From: a virus | Taxonomy: Duplodnaviria; Caudoviricetes | DNA length: 26,955 bases | IMG/VR virus record: IMGVR_UViG_3300033562_000275 | Location: 1 to 26,955 of that record | Direction: 5' to 3' (one strand) | Shown here: one piece after another, positions 7,497 through 15,984 of the stretch | How the letters are laid out: each line of letters opens with the position of its first letter | How positions within the stretch are numbered: position 1 is the first letter of the stretch | Notes under the pieces: model-generated | The model's database searches: none | What the model saw: only the letters and a program-made list of their open reading frames with translations | What the model was told of the DNA's origin: nothing | Position numbers and translations under genes: made by a program

Positions 7497-7938
7497 TCTT
7501 AATGTTAAGAGTTATATTCTAGTCATTAAGGTTATGCCGCTGTTCGTACTTGGCAATGGTGACGTTAATACTCTTCAACTTAATCAACTGTTGTCTGTAC
7601 TACATGATGATAATATTAAGGTAGATGGGATACATTTGGTTGGAGACTTCAATGCTTACTGTAATAATTATGGTAAGACTGTAGATGATTATAACTTCAT
7701 TATTCAACATATTATGAATACCCTTACTCTTAGATTAGAGGAAGATGGTAATATCATAATGTACGTAAAGAGTTCTGTTTGTAGTGTACGTAAATCGCTT
7801 AAGTTTGATAAGGCTATTTATGGTTATCAGAGTATAATCTATAGACCTTATTTTAATAACCTGTTCGTATGTACGACCATGCCACAGGATGATGAGTTTG
7901 CAGATACTTACGGGTTCATAAACTTACTAAGAATTTAA
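7471..7938 (+). CDS. hypothetical protein (start probably ATG 7471; alternative 7534)
   Basis: In-frame ATG overlapping the nuclease stop by 26 nt, like other overlaps here; T-ending codon bias. Confidence 0.65.
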   Translation: MRTLNLTSNLNVKSYILVIKVMPLFVLGNGDVNTLQLNQLLSVLHDDNIKVDGIHLVGDFNAYCNNYGKTVDDYNFIIQHIMNTLTLRLEEDGNIIMYVKSSVCSVRKSLKFDKAIYGYQSIIYRPYFNNLFVCTTMPQDDEFADTYGFINLLRI

Positions 7939-7952
7939 TTGCTATATTTAAT
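7938..7952 (+). promoter_or_regulatory. candidate late promoter motif ATTGCTATATTTAAT (copy 1)
   Basis: Identical 15-mer at 14496-14510, both directly after stop codons; TATATTTA resembles the Bacteroidota -7 box TAnnTTTG. Confidence 0.6.
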
Positions 7953-7992
7953 GGTTTAGGTGTTGTCGCAAATGTGACGAATAGACCTAATC

Positions 7993-8027
7993 AAACCTAC
8001 TACCTTACTTTGGTAGTAGGTTTTTTT
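7993..8027 (+). terminator. intrinsic terminator upstream of the lysis genes
   Basis: AAACCTACTACC-TTACTTT-GGTAGTAGGTTT perfect 12 bp stem ending in a T7 run. Confidence 0.85.
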
Positions 8028-8047
8028 ATGTCATTAAAACAGGTACT

Positions 8048-8710
8048 ATGAATAAGGTATTATTTAGCAACGTTAATGCTGATTCCATTCGCAGAGCTTT
8101 TGTAAAGAATCGTTACCCTATTTTTGAAGATGGTAGGACTATTCTAGTTAACGTTAGATCTTCTGATAGAACTGTTGGTATATTCAACGATGTTCAATGT
8201 GTGTGTAATTTCACTAGAGGCATTCTAACTAACTATAGTGTTACTGTTGACCCTGGTTTAAACAATCTTCTCAGTCCTGTTTCAAAGAATGGTTGTGCTA
8301 TTGTTGCTCCTGGTTACTATCCTAACGTTTGGGCTATTGGTCTACATAAAGGTAAATATCCTGCATTAGTTCAACATGCACCTATTGAAGTGTTTAGAGA
8401 TAATGATAAAGATGCTGAGTACGATTATCTTCCTAGAGCCGAATGGACTAATCTTAGTAAGACTAGTGGAGCTTTTAGAACTGTAGTATCTAAAGCAGGG
8501 TTTAAGTATCTACTTGAAACTGGTAACTATGGTATCAATTGTCATAGAGCTTCTGAATGGAAGATACTACCTCTTGTAGGTCTTTATAGTGCTGGTTGTG
8601 TTGTACATGAAATACCTAACATATTCAAAGGTAACTTCATGGATTCTATTAAAGGTACTGGTCAGAAAGTTTTTGATGCTGCTTGGATTGATAGTGAGGA
8701 TCTAATTTAA
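8048..8710 (+). CDS. putative endolysin, YkuD/L,D-transpeptidase-like cysteine peptidase
   Basis: GINCHRA...YSAGC (His...S.GC catalytic signature), TVDPG, GLHKGKYPALVQ, VFRDNDKD; adjacent to holin-like and spanin-like genes. Confidence 0.7.
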   Translation: MNKVLFSNVNADSIRRAFVKNRYPIFEDGRTILVNVRSSDRTVGIFNDVQCVCNFTRGILTNYSVTVDPGLNNLLSPVSKNGCAIVAPGYYPNVWAIGLHKGKYPALVQHAPIEVFRDNDKDAEYDYLPRAEWTNLSKTSGAFRTVVSKAGFKYLLETGNYGINCHRASEWKILPLVGLYSAGCVVHEIPNIFKGNFMDSIKGTGQKVFDAAWIDSEDLI

Positions 8711-8728
8711 ACTAAATATCATATTTGT

Positions 8729-9013
8729 ATGAAAGATGAAGTTTTGGAAAAACCTGTAGGGTTTCTTGAAAGTGCTATCTCTAGGAAGTCTAATAGTAGA
8801 CTTACCGTGTTTCTTTGTTCTATCATTTGTATATGGGCAGCCGCTGTAGAAGGTAGTGCTAAACTCATAAGTGTTACTAAAGATAAACCGGTAGATGCAG
8901 ATTGGACAGCCATTGCTATTTTGGTTGGTACACTTCTACTTGGCAACGGTGCTTTAAAGGTTGCTCAGAGAATTGGAATTGGTAAAAATGTTGAAGATGA
9001 TACGGCTGCATAA
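8729..9013 (+). CDS. putative two-TM holin
   Basis: 94 aa with two TMs (LTVFLCSIICIWAAAV; WTAIAILVGTLLLG) and a charged C-terminus, between endolysin and spanin. Confidence 0.7.
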   Translation: MKDEVLEKPVGFLESAISRKSNSRLTVFLCSIICIWAAAVEGSAKLISVTKDKPVDADWTAIAILVGTLLLGNGALKVAQRIGIGKNVEDDTAA

Positions 9014-9659
9014 GTTGTCCAAACCTGTACTATTAGATAGTATAGTGTTAGTCTTCATACTGTTTGGGATAATGTTGTTGACTAGTTGTACAAGTAGTAA
9101 ACCTACTACGCAATCAGATCTTACAGTAATATCTAAAGTAGATACTGCTTATCACGCTGGCATTGTTGACATAAAAGTTCCTAAAGTAGTTGTTACTGGT
9201 GAAACAAATTTGACACTTGATAGTGTTAAAGTTATTAAACAAATTGAAGTTTCCGGTAAAGATACTACAGTTAAGATTCATTACATACCTTATTTTAAAG
9301 CTATTCGACCGGCTAGACTAGAGACTATGTATGCTATAGCCGAAGCTTATATTACAACCAACGGTGTCCTTAAATTACAACTTACACAAAAGGATACTAT
9401 AATTAGAGTGCTAAAAGATTCTCTTAATATGGTTATAACTAATAAAGATCTTGTCATTGCTAAACTTCAAAGTGTTTATGATAAACCTCCCGAAAGGTTT
9501 CCTAAAGTAAACGCTTTTATTGATACTATAATCGTTTATCTAATGTGGTTGGTCTTGATAGTATTGTTGCTTGTCTTAGGTGGTGCGCTATTCAAACGTT
9601 ATCTCCCATCGTTAGTCAAGAAGATCGTACTGGTCATACGAACTTTCCTCAGACTATAG
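8988..9659 (+). CDS. putative unimolecular spanin (N-terminal lipoprotein signal plus C-terminal TM)
   Basis: Signal ...VFILFGIMLLTS-C lipobox, beta-rich periplasmic part, C-terminal TM IIVYLMWLVLIVLLLVLGGALF and basic tail; ATG at 8988 or 8997. Confidence 0.7.
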   Translation: MLKMIRLHKLSKPVLLDSIVLVFILFGIMLLTSCTSSKPTTQSDLTVISKVDTAYHAGIVDIKVPKVVVTGETNLTLDSVKVIKQIEVSGKDTTVKIHYIPYFKAIRPARLETMYAIAEAYITTNGVLKLQLTQKDTIIRVLKDSLNMVITNKDLVIAKLQSVYDKPPERFPKVNAFIDTIIVYLMWLVLIVLLLVLGGALFKRYLPSLVKKIVLVIRTFLRL

Positions 9660-9677
9660 ATAATGTTTGAATCCGAT

Positions 9678-9710
9678 GGAGAGCAGGTGAGAAACCTCCT
9701 CTCCTTTTTT
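9678..9710 (+). terminator. intrinsic terminator after the lysis cassette
   Basis: GGAGAG-C-AGGT-GAGAA-ACCT-C-CTCTCC followed by T6. Confidence 0.8.
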
Positions 9711-9733
9711 ATTAACCTAATCTTAATAATGTC

Positions 9734-9997
9734 ATGGCTATTTTCCTTAAACGTGCTATATTTAAATCTACTGATGTAGAAGGTATTGGAGAGTTTGTTA
9801 AAACTGTTAGAATTAGACTTGATATAGAAGATATTCTATATTGTGAAGAGTGTGATACTGATTCTGAATATACTCTTGTATATATTAGAGGTTTACATGG
9901 AATATGGGTTACGGGTGATATTAGAGAAATTGATAATATTATTTGTATGGCTAGACGTGATGAAGAACTAAATCTACCTAATCGTAATAAATTTTAA
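9734..9997 (+). CDS. small hypothetical protein, weakly FlbD/LytTR-like beta domain
   Basis: IRLDIEDILYCEE...TLVYI...IWVTGDIREIDNII pattern; ends 9 nt before TerL. Confidence 0.55.
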   Translation: MAIFLKRAIFKSTDVEGIGEFVKTVRIRLDIEDILYCEECDTDSEYTLVYIRGLHGIWVTGDIREIDNIICMARRDEELNLPNRNKF

Positions 9998-10006
9998 ACT
10001 ACCGAT

Positions 10007-12244
10007 ATGACTGGTCAATTTGAATTTGATGCATGTCCTGATTTTAGTAACTATCTAAAAGAGGATAAAAGTAAATATCCTACAGCTACCAGTCTAGGTT
10101 TTAAAGATAAAGATAATGACTTTCTAGTAGGTGATTCTGGAGGGTTTCTATTTAACCAAGATTTTAAGTTTGTAAATACACATCTGTTTAGTGAAGTCGC
10201 TACGTTTCATGACACTAACAGATGTTATACTTACGAAGAGATTGATAGTATTGCTCATAAGAAGTTTCGTAAACGTGAAGAGTATCGTAGAAAATTTGGA
10301 TATGAAGCTCCTTGTAAATTAGGTAGAGATGGTAAGATTACAAATATACGTATAACTGGTGAACATTATAACTTTCTTAACTATGTTAAGATTCTTAGAC
10401 TTAATATTAAGAAACTAGCTGCTACTGGAATACCTGAAAAAAAGGTTGACTTTGCTAGATTTTTCGATAGTCAGTATTGGTGGTATAAGAGTAAAGAATT
10501 TAGTAAGAACAATGGGTTTAATCTTATTGTTTGTAAGACACGTAGGGCGGGGTTTTCTTACATGGAGGGTAAAGGTGCGGCTAATACTATTAACCTACAT
10601 CCTAACCTTACTGTACTACTAGCTGCTTGGGATAAGAAGTATGTTACTCAAGGTAACTCTATTGCCCCAATGGCTCTTGAACAAATAGAGTATTATGAGA
10701 CTCAAACTCCTTTTAAAAGGGGTATGATTTCAAGAGACATTGAAAACATTAAACTTGGATATAAAGATAAACAAAATATAGATCACGGGTATAAGTCTAG
10801 GCTTGTATCCGTGTCTACTCGTAATAACGATAACGCTGCCATCGGTAAAGACGGTGTGGAGATTAAGATTGAAGAGATTGGTAACATGAATAACTTTAAC
10901 GGGTTCATGCGTCAAACCGATCCAACTCTTAAAACAGGTTCTTTTGTTACAGGTCAGGCTATTGGTTTCGGTACTATCAACTCTAACTCTGAGAGTGCTG
11001 AGGTATTTGAATCTAACTTTCGTAATCCTAAACGATGGAGGTTTATGCCTTTTGAAAATGTTTGGGATAGTGCTTCTCGTAATATGGTTTGTGGGTTTTA
11101 TAAACCGTATTGGTGGGGTCTCGAAGGTCTACTTCCTACTGGTGAATATGCAATGGATGTCGATGGTAATACTATCTATGATATCGCTATTGAGATTGTT
11201 AAACTTGAACATAAGGCTGAGTTCGATAACTGTGATACACTTAAAGATTTCATAGATTATAAAGGTCAATATGGTAACTGTCCTAATGACTCTTTCAATA
11301 GTTCTAATGAGAATATATTTAGTTCTACCGAACTAGATAATCACATTAAACGTGTTGCTGAAACAGAAGATTTCAAATTCTATAGGGATGGTATGCTTTT
11401 CGAAGATACTATCAAAGGTGAAATAGCTCTTAAAAGTAATATGCAACTTGTGAATGAGGGATTCCCTAATCTAGCACATGATTTCATAACTAGAATTTCA
11501 CCTAGTAATACAGATGATAATTATGGTTGTATTAGAGAGTTCTTTTCCCCTACTAAGATTAGAGGTTCTATTCCTAATAATCTATATAGAATTTGGGTTG
11601 ACCCTTTTGGTGTAGATAAGTTTAAAGATAAGGTTACTAATAAAAACTCTTTTGGTGGTATTTATGTTTACATGAATGCTAACAATATTACTGGTAATCC
11701 TGGAGATGTATTGGTAGCTTCTTATGTTGGACGTCCAGAGACTCTTGAAGAGTTTGATAAGATTGTTCTAAGACTGGCTAAGTATTATAATGCAAAGGTT
11801 ATGGTTGAAAGTGACCGTGGTAATACTATTGTCAACTTTAAACAATGGCATGAAGAGGCTAGACTTTCTCTTGAACCTAACCTAGCTTGGGATACATCTT
11901 TGCAAGGTAAGACTGGTAGACAATATGGACTTAGTATGGGTGCTGGTACTAGCAATCGTAGATTAAAAGGTATAGAGTATCTTGCTGAATGGCTTTATAC
12001 TGTTAGGACTGTAGATGGAGATGGGATGCCTATTCTTAATCTCCATTACATATATGATCTAGGTTTACTTCGAGAACTTAAAAAATGGACTATTACAGGT
12101 AACTATGATAGAGTTTCTACACTGGTTGTAGGGATGTTTGATGTTAAAGAACTATTGTTTAGTGCTATCGTTCCTACAAAAGCTAGTAATGAAAAGGATC
12201 GTTCTGATAGTATCTTCAATAGACCTTGGTTTACTAACTCTTAA
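10007..12244 (+). CDS. terL: terminase large subunit (crAss-like)
   Basis: ITGEHYNFLNY; Walker A KTRRAGFSY; Walker B IKIEEIG; nuclease motifs WVDPFG, MVESDRG, GNYDRVS; 745 aa; directly precedes portal. Confidence 0.95.
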   Translation: MTGQFEFDACPDFSNYLKEDKSKYPTATSLGFKDKDNDFLVGDSGGFLFNQDFKFVNTHLFSEVATFHDTNRCYTYEEIDSIAHKKFRKREEYRRKFGYEAPCKLGRDGKITNIRITGEHYNFLNYVKILRLNIKKLAATGIPEKKVDFARFFDSQYWWYKSKEFSKNNGFNLIVCKTRRAGFSYMEGKGAANTINLHPNLTVLLAAWDKKYVTQGNSIAPMALEQIEYYETQTPFKRGMISRDIENIKLGYKDKQNIDHGYKSRLVSVSTRNNDNAAIGKDGVEIKIEEIGNMNNFNGFMRQTDPTLKTGSFVTGQAIGFGTINSNSESAEVFESNFRNPKRWRFMPFENVWDSASRNMVCGFYKPYWWGLEGLLPTGEYAMDVDGNTIYDIAIEIVKLEHKAEFDNCDTLKDFIDYKGQYGNCPNDSFNSSNENIFSSTELDNHIKRVAETEDFKFYRDGMLFEDTIKGEIALKSNMQLVNEGFPNLAHDFITRISPSNTDDNYGCIREFFSPTKIRGSIPNNLYRIWVDPFGVDKFKDKVTNKNSFGGIYVYMNANNITGNPGDVLVASYVGRPETLEEFDKIVLRLAKYYNAKVMVESDRGNTIVNFKQWHEEARLSLEPNLAWDTSLQGKTGRQYGLSMGAGTSNRRLKGIEYLAEWLYTVRTVDGDGMPILNLHYIYDLGLLRELKKWTITGNYDRVSTLVVGMFDVKELLFSAIVPTKASNEKDRSDSIFNRPWFTNS

Positions 12245-12256
12245 ACTTTTAATAGC

Positions 12257-14491
12257 ATGTATTTAAACCCTACTTTAGTAGATCATCATGTTAGTGATGA
12301 TATTAAAAATGGTGATTGGCGCATATCTACGTATAACTATTATTATAATCTTTGTGATAATAGTTCTTCTACAGAATTTATAGAGGGTATTAGAAAGACT
12401 CTATTTAATGACATTGACAAATCTGAATACAATTACTTTGTTAACCCTTTTAACTTTAAAGGTGCTAAGCATCAAAATCTGCCCGGCAGACTTAGGAATT
12501 ATGATATTATCACTCCTATTTTTCGTAGATATATTGGTGAGTATATATCTAACTCTAATATCTTTCATGTTGTTTCTGCTATACCGGATGAAGAGAATCG
12601 TTACCTCAAGAAAGTAAATGATTACTTCTATAAACTTATAGACAGGAAAGCTGCTGCTAAACTATCTGCTAGTGGATTCGATGTACCTGACGCTAAGGCT
12701 GAAGAAGGTGACAATATTAATGACGAATTTGAAACCTTTAAGAAGTCTTTTAAAGATAATAAGACTACTAGAGATGCTACTCTTTTAGATTACATTAAGT
12801 ACTCTACTAAAGATGAATATCTCTATGCTATACTTTATTCAGATTGGGTTCTTTATTCTAGGTATTACATAGATAGGTATATAGATCATAACGACATTGT
12901 TAAAGAACGTATTGATCCTCTATCCGCTAGACATCCTAATAATGGTCAGGAGTTTGTAGATGACTATGAGGCTTTTTGGCGTGAGATACCTATGGATTAT
13001 CCTACCATAGTTAACTACTTTCCAAACCTTACTGTTGACGAACTTGCGTATGTTAAGCAACAACTTAATAGAGGTACTAACTCTGTAGGTCATTCTACTC
13101 TACTTAGAAGTATGTACATTGAACCTGTCGCCAATGAGTTTCTAGCTTCTAACAGTATGTATCCTGTTTATAACGGTGTTATTAGTGTTGGTAAACTTTA
13201 TTACAAAGGTTTTAAACGTATTGCCATCCTTAAATATACAGACCTATTTGGTGTTACGCAAGAGATGGAAGTTGAAGATACTTATGAACTTCGTGTTGAT
13301 GCTGGTGACATATCTATGGAATATGTATTTTATCCTACTGTTTATGTTCAATATTGTATTGGTGCAAAAGATAGTGGTATATATACTAAGCCTGAAGAAA
13401 TAACTGTTCAACGTCATAAACTTAATGATCTTCGTAAAGTTAAACTACCTGTTACAGGTAAGTGTAACATTGCTACATCTCTTCCAGATCATTCGATTGT
13501 TAGAATTTGTAAAGATCATCAGATACTTCTTAACCTTTTATACCTTGCTAGAGAACGTGCTATCTCTAAGAATCATGGTAAGATCGCGGTAATACCTAAA
13601 GCCTTACTTGGTAGTAATGAAGGTACTGTAGAAGACAATATGTACTACATGTTGGCTGACAATAAACTATTCATTGATACCAGTGTTCCCGGTACTGCTA
13701 GTTTTATCAATGCTCTTAAAGAACTTAACCTATCTGATTCTGAATATATTACAACTCTTAGTACACTTATTGGTGAAACTAAGACTGCGGCTATGGAAGC
13801 TTGTGATATGAATAGACAACGTTTTGGTGATACTATGGCTAGTGACGGTAAGAGTGTTAACGAACAGGCTATTATTCGTAGTTCTACCGGTACAGCTTTA
13901 ACTAACTTCGTGTTTAACTTCTCTAGGGCTTTAGACTATAACGCTGATATCGATTTCACTAAGGTTGCATTCATTGATGGTAAGAAAGCTAATTTCGTTA
14001 ATACCGAAGGTGTTGAAGCTATGATAGAGATTGAGGGATATGGTCATGCTAATACTGAGTTTAACTGTTACTGTGTTAGTGGTGCTAAGTATAATAGACA
14101 GTTGGCTAAGTTTGAAGAACTTGCATTTAGTGCTGCTCAAAATGGTGATATTGGTGTTGCCGCTAGTGCTATTGCAGAAGATGACATTAGCAAGTTGAAA
14201 GTTATCATCGACAAGTACGAAGCCTTAAAGAATAAGCGCTCACAGCAAAGTAGCGAGATTCAAAAGCAGATAAATGACGCTAGGGAGCAAATGGTTAAAG
14301 CCGAAGGGCAAGCCAATAGAGACGTGCTTACCAGCAACAACCAGCGGGATAACGAGACTAAACTTGCATTAAAACAGGTGGACGCTCTTATAAAAGAGTT
14401 GGAGGTTAACGCGGATGCCAACAATGAAGCGATAAATAGCGCGTTGGCTGCTGCAAAACTAGCCATAGATTCTACTCGCACAACCAAGTAG
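12257..14491 (+). CDS. portal protein (crAss-like)
   Basis: 744 aa after TerL; LRNYDIITPI..RYIGEY, KLP, MNRQRFG...SDGK motifs; coiled-coil C-terminus. Confidence 0.9.
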   Translation: MYLNPTLVDHHVSDDIKNGDWRISTYNYYYNLCDNSSSTEFIEGIRKTLFNDIDKSEYNYFVNPFNFKGAKHQNLPGRLRNYDIITPIFRRYIGEYISNSNIFHVVSAIPDEENRYLKKVNDYFYKLIDRKAAAKLSASGFDVPDAKAEEGDNINDEFETFKKSFKDNKTTRDATLLDYIKYSTKDEYLYAILYSDWVLYSRYYIDRYIDHNDIVKERIDPLSARHPNNGQEFVDDYEAFWREIPMDYPTIVNYFPNLTVDELAYVKQQLNRGTNSVGHSTLLRSMYIEPVANEFLASNSMYPVYNGVISVGKLYYKGFKRIAILKYTDLFGVTQEMEVEDTYELRVDAGDISMEYVFYPTVYVQYCIGAKDSGIYTKPEEITVQRHKLNDLRKVKLPVTGKCNIATSLPDHSIVRICKDHQILLNLLYLARERAISKNHGKIAVIPKALLGSNEGTVEDNMYYMLADNKLFIDTSVPGTASFINALKELNLSDSEYITTLSTLIGETKTAAMEACDMNRQRFGDTMASDGKSVNEQAIIRSSTGTALTNFVFNFSRALDYNADIDFTKVAFIDGKKANFVNTEGVEAMIEIEGYGHANTEFNCYCVSGAKYNRQLAKFEELAFSAAQNGDIGVAASAIAEDDISKLKVIIDKYEALKNKRSQQSSEIQKQINDAREQMVKAEGQANRDVLTSNNQRDNETKLALKQVDALIKELEVNADANNEAINSALAAAKLAIDSTRTTK

Positions 14492-14495
14492 TAGC

Positions 14496-14510
14496 ATTGC
14501 TATATTTAAT
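14496..14510 (+). promoter_or_regulatory. candidate late promoter motif ATTGCTATATTTAAT (copy upstream of scaffold/capsid genes)
   Basis: Exact match to 7938-7952; intergenic, 86 nt before the 14597 start. Confidence 0.6.
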
Positions 14511-14596
14511 AAAGTTAAGGGTCGTGGTGGTCAAATTATCAATAGGTAAATACCATAATGACTACAATTGTTTAATAACTAAAAACAGTCTTACGT

Positions 14597-15934
14597 ATGT
14601 TTGAAATTGAAGGTATAGACAGTATCATTACTGATAATAGTTTAGTGACTAGAGCAGGCGATACTACTGTAGATGATAACGCTTTTGTAACCGGTCTTAC
14701 CGATGGCCAAAAGACTATGCTCTATAGTGGTTTTAAAGGAACTGCTTTCAATAACGAAGCCCTAGTTGACAGTGAAGGTAAACCCGTTGCTGACTTTAAG
14801 ACTCTCCGTAGTAAACTTATTGAGCAAGTTGAACTATACAAAACGGTATCTACTTTAGATATTGCAGGTTATGATTCGATCGATCTCGATGGCGTTACTA
14901 TTAGTATTAATGAAAAAGGTGAAGGTGTTGATGCTGAAGGTAAAGTCATTAAGACTCCTTTAGAGATTCGTACTCTCATCTATCAAAATGATCCCGAACT
15001 TAACAAAAATCTTGGTGATCCAGAGGATTTAACTATTCCTGCTATCATGACTAAGATTGGCGAACTTTCCGGATTTGTTCCTACTGATGAAACTGGTGCT
15101 GCGATTGAGTTCGAAGCTACTGTTGAAGGTCTTGCTAAACGCGAAGCTTATTTGGTTAAACAATACGGTTCTCAACAAGCTAACATGGCTCTTGAGCAAC
15201 TGTTTATTAATCATCCTGAAATAGAGGAAATGCTAGATTATAAAACTATGCATAAATCTCTTAAAGGATATATGCCTAGTGAAGATCTTAGCGCCATTAC
15301 TCTTGAGAAGACTAACGTAGAGATGCATAAGGATATTATGATCAAGGCTAATATAGCTAGAGGTTTTACTCCTGAACGCGCTGCTCAGTATGCTCAATAT
15401 GCTATTGACGAAAAGACTAGTTTCACTACTGCTACTGAAGATCTTGAGTATCTTAAAGCTAATAAGTCTGCTAAACTTGAAGCCCGTCAGGCTGAAGAGG
15501 AGAAAGCTAATCAAGCTCGTAGAGATTCTCAAGCTAATTACATAAAGACTGTCGAAAGTGTTATTAAAGCTGGTAAGATTGGTGATATCACCATTCCTGA
15601 ATTTATTAAAGCTAAACGTAGCGATGGTAGTATTCTACAGATTCCCCGTGAGCAACTTTTTGATTATATGTTTAAGCCTATTCAAGATGGGATGTCGGCA
15701 TATACGGTTGCTAAATCTAGTGAAGATGATACCGTAAAACTAAATGAGCACATTCTTGATGCTTATATGAGGTTAACAGGTAATGACAGATCGAGTATCA
15801 TAAAGATGGAAAGTGCTACTAGTAGAGTTAATCTTATTAAAAAGGCTGCTACCGCTGGTGGTGGTTCTGGAGGTAAGGTTATTCAAATTAAGACTGGTGG
15901 CAATGGCGTTGATATGAATACGATCGTGCTCTAA
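14597..15934 (+). CDS. acidic/coiled-coil protein between portal and MCP (crAssphage gene 77-like, putative scaffold)
   Basis: Synteny; acidic N-half; helical EQLFINHPEIEEMLDY and a long coiled coil. Confidence 0.7.
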   Translation: MFEIEGIDSIITDNSLVTRAGDTTVDDNAFVTGLTDGQKTMLYSGFKGTAFNNEALVDSEGKPVADFKTLRSKLIEQVELYKTVSTLDIAGYDSIDLDGVTISINEKGEGVDAEGKVIKTPLEIRTLIYQNDPELNKNLGDPEDLTIPAIMTKIGELSGFVPTDETGAAIEFEATVEGLAKREAYLVKQYGSQQANMALEQLFINHPEIEEMLDYKTMHKSLKGYMPSEDLSAITLEKTNVEMHKDIMIKANIARGFTPERAAQYAQYAIDEKTSFTTATEDLEYLKANKSAKLEARQAEEEKANQARRDSQANYIKTVESVIKAGKIGDITIPEFIKAKRSDGSILQIPREQLFDYMFKPIQDGMSAYTVAKSSEDDTVKLNEHILDAYMRLTGNDRSSIIKMESATSRVNLIKKAATAGGGSGGKVIQIKTGGNGVDMNTIVL

Positions 15935-15984
15935 GTCTTAATGTTACGTTGCTTTTAATTAGTAATATCCTAATTTAAAATTCT

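Noticed and set aside
15638-15650. CAGATTCCCCGTG as a fourth full copy of the dispersed element
   Set aside because: Only four Cs, no purine tail, and compatible with coding QIPRE by chance; mentioned only as a weak look-alike
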